From Owenia fusiformis (Eukaryota): a DNA stretch of 64,000 nucleotides. Position numbers and translations under genes: made by a program. The number at the start of each line of letters is the position of its first letter. The stretch's first letter is position 1. Shown one piece after another: positions 14,401 through 27,804 of this stretch. Below the pieces are notes generated by a model that worked only from the letters and a program-made list of their open reading frames with translations, did no database searches and was not told the origin of the DNA. The stretch covers positions 41,912,001 through 41,976,000 of the forward strand of contig CAIIXF020000001.1 of NCBI GenBank assembly GCA_903813345.2, read 5' to 3'.

Positions 14401-17400
14401 AAAGTTCGGGGTTTTATGAAGTGATATGTACATTTTTGCTCAAATCCCCTCAGCACTTTTGATTCTATAGGGTTCTCTTGACCCCTGGGGTCATTATATT
14501 TTGTGACAATTTATTCCAGACTAAATGTAGTTATTTTGTCATTAAAATATCTTATTAGAGAAACGTTCAGGAAAAGTTGCGCTATCCACAAGACTTCTTG
14601 TCACTGCACTGATAAATGTAGCAAAATAGTCAAAATAATTCAGCCTTGAGCATGAAATTTTTGAATTTTTGGACAAATTTTGGGCTATTTTGGGGGATTT
14701 TTGCCCATAACGATACTAATCTACTTAAAACAGCTGTTTAAAGTTGTACAAATTGCTTAAGTGATTTATATTCTCTCATAAGTAGGACTATTTGCTACTT
14801 TACTAAACTGAACATCATTGATTTTTCGTTTTTCATGAACTTCTGATGGCTAGTTCAAGTAGCATTGTCTTTTGTGCAGGTTTACTGAATACGTCCCTTT
14901 AAAATTGGGTCTTTCGTGGGTTTAAAGGGTCAAAATGTTGGAACTTTGCACACTGTGGAACGTTTGGGGTGTGTTTCCTTTAATTTGGCAAGAACTGCAT
15001 CAAATTACTTGATAAGAGAGCAGAAATGTAGCAACTTAGGCTGAAAAGTACTGTTTTCAATGAAAAAACGAAAATTGCTGACTCAGCAAAATTTAGATCG
15101 TCGTCTCCAGAATTTTAGGGGTTAATTTGCAAAACTTTAAATGGTCCCATAGAAACATATGCGAAATATGGCTAAATTCGACATATTTCTCGAAATTCAC
15201 TAATAAATGTGGTTGATATTAGTGTCATGGTTGACTGAATATGCATTTTATTCAATATGAATTTTAAAGTTCGGGGTTTTATGAAGTGATATGTACATTT
15301 TTGCTCAAATCCCCTCAGCACTTTTGATTCTATAGGGTTCTCTTGACCCCTGGGGTCATTATATTTTGTGACAATTTATTCCAGACTAAATGTAGTTATT
15401 TTGTCATTAAAATATCTTATTAGAGAAACGTTCAGGAAAAGTTGCGCTATCCACAAGACTTCTTGTCACTGCACTGATAAATGTAGCAAAATAGTCAAAA
15501 TAATTCAGCCTTGAGCATGAAATTTTTGAATTTTTGGACAAATTTTGGGCTATTTTGGGGGATTTTTGCCCATAACGATACTAATCTACTTAAAACAGCT
15601 GTTTAAAGTTGTACAAATTGCTTAAGTGATTTATATTCTCTCATAAGTAGGACTATTTGCTACTTTACTAAACTGAACATCATTGATTTTTCGTTTTTCA
15701 TGAACTTCTGATGGCTAGTTCAAGTAGCATTGTCTTTTGTGCAGGTTTACTGAATACGTCCCTTTAAAATTGGGTCTTTCGTGGGTTTAAAGGGTCAAAA
15801 TGTTGGAACTTTGCACACTGTGGAACGTTTGGGGTGTGTTTCCTTTAATTTGGCAAGAACTGCATCAAATTACTTGATAAGAGAGCAGAAATGTAGCAAC
15901 TTAGGCTGAAAAGTACTGTTTTCAATGAAAAAACGAAAATTGCTGACTCAGCAAAATTTAGATCGTCGTCTCCAGAATTTTAGGGGTTAATTTGCAAAAC
16001 TTTAAATGGTCCCATAGAAACATATGCGAAATATGGCTAAATTCGACATATTTCTCGAAATTCACTAATAAATGTGGTTGATATTAGGTAGAAAGCAACT
16101 TACTTTTTCACCCATTGGAATACATGTAAAATTGGCAAAGTTCAAATCATAATTTCTCAAATCCCAGCCCATCGAATCCTCACATCCATTCAGATCATGT
16201 AGTCCTATTCAAAAACTTCCCGTTCGGTTATATGGTGAAAAAAATATCCCACGAACGAAAAAAGATTTTGCTACATTTATAAGCGAGCATTGATTTCTGG
16301 GCCTGTAAAAAGCACGTAGGACCTGATTACCCCATTGATTTACTGAGACCGCCAAAAATTTAATTCAATTTTTTGGTTCAAAATAATAATCTGTCAGCGG
16401 TCCCTGACACTCCTACTAGCTATCACCAAACATTAATTGCCAATACATGTACACATATACGTGCCATACATCTACAAAGTAGCGAACTAGTGTATTAAGT
16501 ACTACTTTTCCTATACGATGAGCAAAACAAATCTCAAGTAGGTTATATTGACCCTATTAGTGTCATGGTTGACTGAATATGCATTTTATTCAATATGAAT
16601 TTTAAAGTTCGGGGTTTTATGAAGTGATATGTACATTTTTGCTCAAATCCCCTCAGCACTTTTGATTCTATAGGGTTCTCTTGACCCCTGGGGTCATTAT
16701 ATTTTGTGACAATTTATTCCAGACTAAATGTAGTTATTTTGTCATTAAAATATCTTATTAGAGAAACGTTCAGGAAAAGTTGCGCTATCCACAAGACTTC
16801 TTGTCACTGCACTGATAAATGTAGCAAAATAGTCAAAATAATTCAGCCTTGAGCATGAAATTTTTGAATTTTTGGACAAATTTTGGGCTATTTTGGGGGA
16901 TTTTTGCCCATAACGATACTAATCTACTTAAAACAGCTGTTTAAAGTTGTACAAATTGCTTAAGTGATTTATATTCTCTCATAAGTAGGACTATTTGCTA
17001 CTTTACTAAACTGAACATCATTGATTTTTCGTTTTTCATGAACTTCTGATGGCTAGTTCAAGTAGCATTGTCTTTTGTGCAGGTTTACTGAATACGTCCC
17101 TTTAAAATTGGGTCTTTCGTGGGTTTAAAGGGTCAAAATGTTGGAACTTTGCACACTGTGGAACGTTTGGGGTGTGTTTCCTTTAATTTGGCAAGAACTG
17201 CATCAAATTACTTGATAAGAGAGCAGAAATGTAGCAACTTAGGCTGAAAAGTACTGTTTTCAATGAAAAAACGAAAATTGCTGACTCAGCAAAATTTAGA
17301 TCGTCGTCTCCAGAATTTTAGGGGTTAATTTGCAAAACTTTAAATGGTCCCATAGAAACATATGCGAAATATGGCTAAATTCGACATATTTCTCGAAATT

Positions 17401-20400
17401 CACTAATAAATGTGGTTGATATTAGTGTCATGGTTGACTGAATATGCATTTTATTCAATATGAATTTTAAAGTTCGGGGTTTTATGAAGTGATATGTACA
17501 TTTTTGCTCAAATCCCCTCAGCACTTTTGATTCTATAGGGTTCTCTTGACCCCTGGGGTCATTATATTTTGTGACAATTTATTCCAGACTAAATGTAGTT
17601 ATTTTGTCATTAAAATATCTTATTAGAGAAACGTTCAGGAAAAGTTGCGCTATCCACAAGACTTCTTGTCACTGCACTGATAAATGTAGCAAAATAGTCA
17701 AAATAATTCAGCCTTGAGCATGAAATTTTTGAATTTTTGGACAAATTTTGGGCTATTTTGGGGGATTTTTGCCCATAACGATACTAATCTACTTAAAACA
17801 GCTGTTTAAAGTTGTACAAATTGCTTAAGTGATTTATATTCTCTCATAAGTAGGACTATTTGCTACTTTACTAAACTGAACATCATTGATTTTTCGTTTT
17901 TCATGAACTTCTGATGGCTAGTTCAAGTAGCATTGTCTTTTGTGCAGGTTTACTGAATACGTCCCTTTAAAATTGGGTCTTTCGTGGGTTTAAAGGGTCA
18001 AAATGTTGGAACTTTGCACACTGTGGAACGTTTGGGGTGTGTTTCCTTTAATTTGGCAAGAACTGCATCAAATTACTTGATAAGAGAGCAGAAATGTAGC
18101 AACTTAGGCTGAAAAGTACTGTTTTCAATGAAAAAACGAAAATTGCTGACTCAGCAAAATTTAGATCGTCGTCTCCAGAATTTTAGGGGTTAATTTGCAA
18201 AACTTTAAATGGTCCCATAGAAACATATGCGAAATATGGCTAAATTCGACATATTTCTCGAAATTCACTAATAAATGTGGTTGATATTAGTGTCATGGTT
18301 GACTGAATATGCATTTTATTCAATATGAATTTTAAAGTTCGGGGTTTTATGAAGTGATATGTACATTTTTGCTCAAATCCCCTCAGCACTTTTGATTCTA
18401 TAGGGTTCTCTTGACCCCTGGGGTCATTATATTTTGTGACAATTTATTCCAGACTAAATGTAGTTATTTTGTCATTAAAATATCTTATTAGAGAAACGTT
18501 CAGGAAAAGTTGCGCTATCCACAAGACTTCTTGTCACTGCACTGATAAATGTAGCAAAATAGTCAAAATAATTCAGCCTTGAGCATGAAATTTTTGAATT
18601 TTTGGACAAATTTTGGGCTATTTTGGGGGATTTTTGCCCATAACGATACTAATCTACTTAAAACAGCTGTTTAAAGTTGTACAAATTGCTTAAGTGATTT
18701 ATATTCTCTCATAAGTAGGACTATTTGCTACTTTACTAAACTGAACATCATTGATTTTTCGTTTTTCATGAACTTCTGATGGCTAGTTCAAGTAGCATTG
18801 TCTTTTGTGCAGGTTTACTGAATACGTCCCTTTAAAATTGGGTCTTTCGTGGGTTTAAAGGGTCAAAATGTTGGAACTTTGCACACTGTGGAACGTTTGG
18901 GGTGTGTTTCCTTTAATTTGGCAAGAACTGCATCAAATTACTTGATAAGAGAGCAGAAATGTAGCAACTTAGGCTGAAAAGTACTGTTTTCAATGAAAAA
19001 ACGAAAATTGCTGACTCAGCAAAATTTAGATCGTCGTCTCCAGAATTTTAGGGGTTAATTTGCAAAACTTTAAATGGTCCCATAGAAACATATGCGAAAT
19101 ATGGCTAAATTCGACATATTTCTCGAAATTCACTAATAAATGTGGTTGATATTAGGTAGAAAGCAACTTACTTTTTCACCCATTGGAATACATGTAAAAT
19201 TGGCAAAGTTCAAATCATAATTTCTCAAATCCCAGCCCATCGAATCCTCACATCCATTCAGATCATGTAGTCCTATTCAAAAACTTCCCGTTCGGTTATA
19301 TGGTGAAAAAAATATCCCACGAACGAAAAAAGATTTTGCTACATTTATAAGCGAGCATTGATTTCTGGGCCTGTAAAAAGCACGTAGGACCTGATTACCC
19401 CATTGATTTACTGAGACCGCCAAAAATTTAATTCAATTTTTTGGTTCAAAATAATAATCTGTCAGCGGTCCCTGACACTCCTACTAGCTATCACCAAACA
19501 TTAATTGCCAATACATGTACACATATACGTGCCATACATCTACAAAGTAGCGAACTAGTGTATTAAGTACTACTTTTCCTATACGATGAGCAAAACAAAT
19601 CTCAAGTAGGTTATATTGACCCTATTAGTGTCATGGTTGACTGAATATGCATTTTATTCAATATGAATTTTAAAGTTCGGGGTTTTATGAAGTGATATGT
19701 ACATTTTTGCTCAAATCCCCTCAGCACTTTTGATTCTATAGGGTTCTCTTGACCCCTGGGGTCATTATATTTTGTGACAATTTATTCCAGACTAAATGTA
19801 GTTATTTTGTCATTAAAATATCTTATTAGAGAAACGTTCAGGAAAAGTTGCGCTATCCACAAGACTTCTTGTCACTGCACTGATAAATGTAGCAAAATAG
19901 TCAAAATAATTCAGCCTTGAGCATGAAATTTTTGAATTTTTGGACAAATTTTGGGCTATTTTGGGGGATTTTTGCCCATAACGATACTAATCTACTTAAA
20001 ACAGCTGTTTAAAGTTGTACAAATTGCTTAAGTGATTTATATTCTCTCATAAGTAGGACTATTTGCTACTTTACTAAACTGAACATCATTGATTTTTCGT
20101 TTTTCATGAACTTCTGATGGCTAGTTCAAGTAGCATTGTCTTTTGTGCAGGTTTACTGAATACGTCCCTTTAAAATTGGGTCTTTCGTGGGTTTAAAGGG
20201 TCAAAATGTTGGAACTTTGCACACTGTGGAACGTTTGGGGTGTGTTTCCTTTAATTTGGCAAGAACTGCATCAAATTACTTGATAAGAGAGCAGAAATGT
20301 AGCAACTTAGGCTGAAAAGTACTGTTTTCAATGAAAAAACGAAAATTGCTGACTCAGCAAAATTTAGATCGTCGTCTCCAGAATTTTAGGGGTTAATTTG

Positions 20401-23400
20401 CAAAACTTTAAATGGTCCCATAGAAACATATGCGAAATATGGCTAAATTCGACATATTTCTCGAAATTCACTAATAAATGTGGTTGATATTAGTGTCATG
20501 GTTGACTGAATATGCATTTTATTCAATATGAATTTTAAAGTTCGGGGTTTTATGAAGTGATATGTACATTTTTGCTCAAATCCCCTCAGCACTTTTGATT
20601 CTATAGGGTTCTCTTGACCCCTGGGGTCATTATATTTTGTGACAATTTATTCCAGACTAAATGTAGTTATTTTGTCATTAAAATATCTTATTAGAGAAAC
20701 GTTCAGGAAAAGTTGCGCTATCCACAAGACTTCTTGTCACTGCACTGATAAATGTAGCAAAATAGTCAAAATAATTCAGCCTTGAGCATGAAATTTTTGA
20801 ATTTTTGGACAAATTTTGGGCTATTTTGGGGGATTTTTGCCCATAACGATACTAATCTACTTAAAACAGCTGTTTAAAGTTGTACAAATTGCTTAAGTGA
20901 TTTATATTCTCTCATAAGTAGGACTATTTGCTACTTTACTAAACTGAACATCATTGATTTTTCGTTTTTCATGAACTTCTGATGGCTAGTTCAAGTAGCA
21001 TTGTCTTTTGTGCAGGTTTACTGAATACGTCCCTTTAAAATTGGGTCTTTCGTGGGTTTAAAGGGTCAAAATGTTGGAACTTTGCACACTGTGGAACGTT
21101 TGGGGTGTGTTTCCTTTAATTTGGCAAGAACTGCATCAAATTACTTGATAAGAGAGCAGAAATGTAGCAACTTAGGCTGAAAAGTACTGTTTTCAATGAA
21201 AAAACGAAAATTGCTGACTCAGCAAAATTTAGATCGTCGTCTCCAGAATTTTAGGGGTTAATTTGCAAAACTTTAAATGGTCCCATAGAAACATATGCGA
21301 AATATGGCTAAATTCGACATATTTCTCGAAATTCACTAATAAATGTGGTTGATATTAGTGTCATGGTTGACTGAATATGCATTTTATTCAATATGAATTT
21401 TAAAGTTCGGGGTTTTATGAAGTGATATGTACATTTTTGCTCAAATCCCCTCAGCACTTTTGATTCTATAGGGTTCTCTTGACCCCTGGGGTCATTATAT
21501 TTTGTGACAATTTATTCCAGACTAAATGTAGTTATTTTGTCATTAAAATATCTTATTAGAGAAACGTTCAGGAAAAGTTGCGCTATCCACAAGACTTCTT
21601 GTCACTGCACTGATAAATGTAGCAAAATAGTCAAAATAATTCAGCCTTGAGCATGAAATTTTTGAATTTTTGGACAAATTTTGGGCTATTTTGGGGGATT
21701 TTTGCCCATAACGATACTAATCTACTTAAAACAGCTGTTTAAAGTTGTACAAATTGCTTAAGTGATTTATATTCTCTCATAAGTAGGACTATTTGCTACT
21801 TTACTAAACTGAACATCATTGATTTTTCGTTTTTCATGAACTTCTGATGGCTAGTTCAAGTAGCATTGTCTTTTGTGCAGGTTTACTGAATACGTCCCTT
21901 TAAAATTGGGTCTTTCGTGGGTTTAAAGGGTCAAAATGTTGGAACTTTGCACACTGTGGAACGTTTGGGGTGTGTTTCCTTTAATTTGGCAAGAACTGCA
22001 TCAAATTACTTGATAAGAGAGCAGAAATGTAGCAACTTAGGCTGAAAAGTACTGTTTTCAATGAAAAAACGAAAATTGCTGACTCAGCAAAATTTAGATC
22101 GTCGTCTCCAGAATTTTAGGGGTTAATTTGCAAAACTTTAAATGGTCCCATAGAAACATATGCGAAATATGGCTAAATTCGACATATTTCTCGAAATTCA
22201 CTAATAAATGTGGTTGATATTAGGTAGAAAGCAACTTACTTTTTCACCCATTGGAATACATGTAAAATTGGCAAAGTTCAAATCATAATTTCTCAAATCC
22301 CAGCCCATCGAATCCTCACATCCATTCAGATCATGTAGTCCTATTCAAAAACTTCCCGTTCGGTTATATGGTGAAAAAAATATCCCACGAACGAAAAAAG
22401 ATTTTGCTACATTTATAAGCGAGCATTGATTTCTGGGCCTGTAAAAAGCACGTAGGACCTGATTACCCCATTGATTTACTGAGACCGCCAAAAATTTAAT
22501 TCAATTTTTTGGTTCAAAATAATAATCTGTCAGCGGTCCCTGACACTCCTACTAGCTATCACCAAACATTAATTGCCAATACATGTACACATATACGTGC
22601 CATACATCTACAAAGTAGCGAACTAGTGTATTAAGTACTACTTTTCCTATACGATGAGCAAAACAAATCTCAAGTAGGTTATATTGACCCTATTAGTGTC
22701 ATGGTTGACTGAATATGCATTTTATTCAATATGAATTTTAAAGTTCGGGGTTTTATGAAGTGATATGTACATTTTTGCTCAAATCCCCTCAGCACTTTTG
22801 ATTCTATAGGGTTCTCTTGACCCCTGGGGTCATTATATTTTGTGACAATTTATTCCAGACTAAATGTAGTTATTTTGTCATTAAAATATCTTATTAGAGA
22901 AACGTTCAGGAAAAGTTGCGCTATCCACAAGACTTCTTGTCACTGCACTGATAAATGTAGCAAAATAGTCAAAATAATTCAGCCTTGAGCATGAAATTTT
23001 TGAATTTTTGGACAAATTTTGGGCTATTTTGGGGGATTTTTGCCCATAACGATACTAATCTACTTAAAACAGCTGTTTAAAGTTGTACAAATTGCTTAAG
23101 TGATTTATATTCTCTCATAAGTAGGACTATTTGCTACTTTACTAAACTGAACATCATTGATTTTTCGTTTTTCATGAACTTCTGATGGCTAGTTCAAGTA
23201 GCATTGTCTTTTGTGCAGGTTTACTGAATACGTCCCTTTAAAATTGGGTCTTTCGTGGGTTTAAAGGGTCAAAATGTTGGAACTTTGCACACTGTGGAAC
23301 GTTTGGGGTGTGTTTCCTTTAATTTGGCAAGAACTGCATCAAATTACTTGATAAGAGAGCAGAAATGTAGCAACTTAGGCTGAAAAGTACTGTTTTCAAT

Positions 23401-26400
23401 GAAAAAACGAAAATTGCTGACTCAGCAAAATTTAGATCGTCGTCTCCAGAATTTTAGGGGTTAATTTGCAAAACTTTAAATGGTCCCATAGAAACATATG
23501 CGAAATATGGCTAAATTCGACATATTTCTCGAAATTCACTAATAAATGTGGTTGATATTAGGTAGAAAGCAACTTACTTTTTCACCCATTGGAATACATG
23601 TAAAATTGGCAAAGTTCAAATCATAATTTCTCAAATCCCAGCCCATCGAATCCTCACATCCATTCAGATCATGTAGTCCTATTCAAAAACTTCCCGTTCG
23701 GTTATATGGTGAAAAAAATATCCCACGAACGAAAAAAGATTTTGCTACATTTATAAGCGAGCATTGATTTCTGGGCCTGTAAAAAGCACGTAGGACCTGA
23801 TTACCCCATTGATTTACTGAGACCGCCAAAAATTTAATTCAATTTTTTGGTTCAAAATAATAATCTGTCAGCGGTCCCTGACACTCCTACTAGCTATCAC
23901 CAAACATTAATTGCCAATACATGTACACATATACGTGCCATACATCTACAAAGTAGCGAACTAGTGTATTAAGTACTACTTTTCCTATACGATGAGCAAA
24001 ACAAATCTCAAGTAGGTTATATTGACCCTATTAGTGTCATGGTTGACTGAATATGCATTTTATTCAATATGAATTTTAAAGTTCGGGGTTTTATGAAGTG
24101 ATATGTACATTTTTGCTCAAATCCCCTCAGCACTTTTGATTCTATAGGGTTCTCTTGACCCCTGGGGTCATTATATTTTGTGACAATTTATTCCAGACTA
24201 AATGTAGTTATTTTGTCATTAAAATATCTTATTAGAGAAACGTTCAGGAAAAGTTGCGCTATCCACAAGACTTCTTGTCACTGCACTGATAAATGTAGCA
24301 AAATAGTCAAAATAATTCAGCCTTGAGCATGAAATTTTTGAATTTTTGGACAAATTTTGGGCTATTTTGGGGGATTTTTGCCCATAACGATACTAATCTA
24401 CTTAAAACAGCTGTTTAAAGTTGTACAAATTGCTTAAGTGATTTATATTCTCTCATAAGTAGGACTATTTGCTACTTTACTAAACTGAACATCATTGATT
24501 TTTCGTTTTTCATGAACTTCTGATGGCTAGTTCAAGTAGCATTGTCTTTTGTGCAGGTTTACTGAATACGTCCCTTTAAAATTGGGTCTTTCGTGGGTTT
24601 AAAGGGTCAAAATGTTGGAACTTTGCACACTGTGGAACGTTTGGGGTGTGTTTCCTTTAATTTGGCAAGAACTGCATCAAATTACTTGATAAGAGAGCAG
24701 AAATGTAGCAACTTAGGCTGAAAAGTACTGTTTTCAATGAAAAAACGAAAATTGCTGACTCAGCAAAATTTAGATCGTCGTCTCCAGAATTTTAGGGGTT
24801 AATTTGCAAAACTTTAAATGGTCCCATAGAAACATATGCGAAATATGGCTAAATTCGACATATTTCTCGAAATTCACTAATAAATGTGGTTGATATTAGT
24901 GTCATGGTTGACTGAATATGCATTTTATTCAATATGAATTTTAAAGTTCGGGGTTTTATGAAGTGATATGTACATTTTTGCTCAAATCCCCTCAGCACTT
25001 TTGATTCTATAGGGTTCTCTTGACCCCTGGGGTCATTATATTTTGTGACAATTTATTCCAGACTAAATGTAGTTATTTTGTCATTAAAATATCTTATTAG
25101 AGAAACGTTCAGGAAAAGTTGCGCTATCCACAAGACTTCTTGTCACTGCACTGATAAATGTAGCAAAATAGTCAAAATAATTCAGCCTTGAGCATGAAAT
25201 TTTTGAATTTTTGGACAAATTTTGGGCTATTTTGGGGGATTTTTGCCCATAACGATACTAATCTACTTAAAACAGCTGTTTAAAGTTGTACAAATTGCTT
25301 AAGTGATTTATATTCTCTCATAAGTAGGACTATTTGCTACTTTACTAAACTGAACATCATTGATTTTTCGTTTTTCATGAACTTCTGATGGCTAGTTCAA
25401 GTAGCATTGTCTTTTGTGCAGGTTTACTGAATACGTCCCTTTAAAATTGGGTCTTTCGTGGGTTTAAAGGGTCAAAATGTTGGAACTTTGCACACTGTGG
25501 AACGTTTGGGGTGTGTTTCCTTTAATTTGGCAAGAACTGCATCAAATTACTTGATAAGAGAGCAGAAATGTAGCAACTTAGGCTGAAAAGTACTGTTTTC
25601 AATGAAAAAACGAAAATTGCTGACTCAGCAAAATTTAGATCGTCGTCTCCAGAATTTTAGGGGTTAATTTGCAAAACTTTAAATGGTCCCATAGAAACAT
25701 ATGCGAAATATGGCTAAATTCGACATATTTCTCGAAATTCACTAATAAATGTGGTTGATATTAGGTAGAAAGCAACTTACTTTTTCACCCATTGGAATAC
25801 ATGTAAAATTGGCAAAGTTCAAATCATAATTTCTCAAATCCCAGCCCATCGAATCCTCACATCCATTCAGATCATGTAGTCCTATTCAAAAACTTCCCGT
25901 TCGGTTATATGGTGAAAAAAATATCCCACGAACGAAAAAAGATTTTGCTACATTTATAAGCGAGCATTGATTTCTGGGCCTGTAAAAAGCACGTAGGACC
26001 TGATTACCCCATTGATTTACTGAGACCGCCAAAAATTTAATTCAATTTTTTGGTTCAAAATAATAATCTGTCAGCGGTCCCTGACACTCCTACTAGCTAT
26101 CACCAAACATTAATTGCCAATACATGTACACATATACGTGCCATACATCTACAAAGTAGCGAACTAGTGTATTAAGTACTACTTTTCCTATACGATGAGC
26201 AAAACAAATCTCAAGTAGGTTATATTGACCCTTAGTCATTATATCCACGAGCTGTTATATCTTAGCGCATATTTATGTATTCAATATTTCATATTTTTAT
26301 TACAGAGTGAGAAAAAATATTATTGGTAAATTAACTTTGCTACTAGAGGTTTTTAGATTTTTTACTGGTATTACTCCACTATTAATCCGCTCGGTAGAAT

Positions 26401-26599
26401 GAACACCACTATTATTAGAAAAAATAATTTGTCGGAATTCTTTCATTGATTTAATAAACTGAAGCGTCTGGATGATATATAAAAATTGCATTGTTAATCT
26501 AATCAATATTTTAAGATGATAGGTTTAGAATTAGGCTTATATAAATTATGATCATTTTTGTGAAAAAATGATCATTTCTTTCCATTTGTCGTGGTTTCT

Positions 26600-27190
26600 A
26601 GAAGGTTTGAGTTATCTCGTTCCAAGACTATCTCTACGTTCTAGTCTTGCGAACGTCTTATTCTTTTGTCTGTACGATTACAACATGGGGGAATTTTCTA
26701 CGCTACTTACACTTAAGATACCTATTTCAATAGATTCCTTGGTATTTTAGCATTCTTTTTGTGTAGTTGAATCCACAATTGTGTGGGTTTATCGGCAGAA
26801 CGAAGAGGTTTTCGTTTTTGATAGCAATATTTGCGTGTAATATTTAACTTATTCAACCGTCAAATTCCTCCATTCAGTTCCCGGCATGCACCAGTCATAA
26901 GGGAAATCCCTGGGGAATTCCCCTTCCGACATTTTGAAAATTGCTGATATATTTCCGATGTAAAAACTAAAATCTCTTCGTTCTGCCGATAAACCCATAC
27001 AATTGGCGATCTAACAACATAAAAAGAATTCTAAAATACTCTGGAATGTATCGAGGTAGGTCATTTAATAGTGCAATGCGTAGTTCATTCTCCGACATTG
27101 TAGAAAGACAGGCTTACCAATGATACCGGCGTACGACCACAATCTAAAGGGGTCGTAGGATGCGATAAGGTTTGAGTAGTTCTAGACCGT
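26600..27190. mobile_element. Foldback MITE-like element (boundaries approximate)
   Basis: It has long imperfect inverted arms, e.g. GGGTTTATCGGCAGAACGAAGAG (~26,785) vs CTCTTCGTTCTGCCGATAAACCC (~26,974), extending to ~26,680 and ~27,100. Confidence 0.65.
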
Positions 27191-27804
27191 GTTCAGAGGA
27201 AATGTTGAGACGCAGTGATACAAGAGGTATATCTGCATGGTATGGTCAATGTTTCTACGAAAGAGAAAGAACCATATTTCAAATTCTTACCCTTGTTCTT
27301 CTCAGTGTTATTGAAATATGATTTCAAATGTTTTCTAGTTTGCCAGAGAGATTTCGCAACTCATAGTAGCATGTTAATCTTTTAAGGATTTAAGCCCTTG
27401 ACTCAGTGCAATGTGGAATGACCATGTCTTGAAGGTGTTGCTTTCCAAAATTTGCACGAGATGCGAGAGGATAATAGCAGCGACGTAGCCAGCTTTCAGT
27501 CAGGGTTGGGGGGGGGGGGGGGGGGTGCGATCACCCAAAGAAATTCGGTTTCAGTCAGGGGGGGGGGGGGTGCGATCGTGGCATAAGCACCCCCACCAAA
27601 AGAAATTTAAGCTTTGTTTTGAATTTTACAAAAATTGCAAATTGATGCAACTTCCTTCAAAATTGAGCTAATGAGAAGCTTCAAATAATATTATAATATA
27701 CTAATATTATGCCTCACTCACATTTGATTGAAGGCAACCGTACGGTGACCGTAGCTTCCCAAATCGAGAGAAATATGCAATTTAGGGATACGCAGTACGT
27801 ATAT

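Larger units (their letters stand above)
1..26231. repeat. Large tandem (macro)satellite array of two monomers, S (865 bp, 14 copies) and L (1,338 bp, 11 copies, last one partial); continues beyond the left edge
   Basis: The anchor CACTGTGGAACG recurs at 1, 866, 1731, 3069, 4408, 5273, 6138, 7477, 8342, 9680, 10545, 11410, 12748, 13613, 14951, 15816, 17154, 18019, 18884, 20222, 21087, 21952, 23290, 24628 and 25493 (spacings 865 or 1338/1339). The ORF track has no ORF here. The array ends at ...TATATTGACCC (26,231). Confidence 0.97.

Noticed and set aside
1..26231. Array as rDNA, 5S, histone, snRNA or spliced-leader RNA repeat (Sm-site-like AATTTTTGG occurs in the core and in B)
   Set aside because: It has no ORF and no recognisable 5S/U1/U2/U5/U6 or tRNA sequence. 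The Sm-like runs are expected in AT-rich DNA and are not ~50-70 nt downstream of a leader donor.
1..26231. CRISPR-like repeat/spacer array or telomeric repeat
   Set aside because: The context is eukaryotic, the units are 865-1,338 bp with no unique spacers, and there is only one TTAGGGG per unit.
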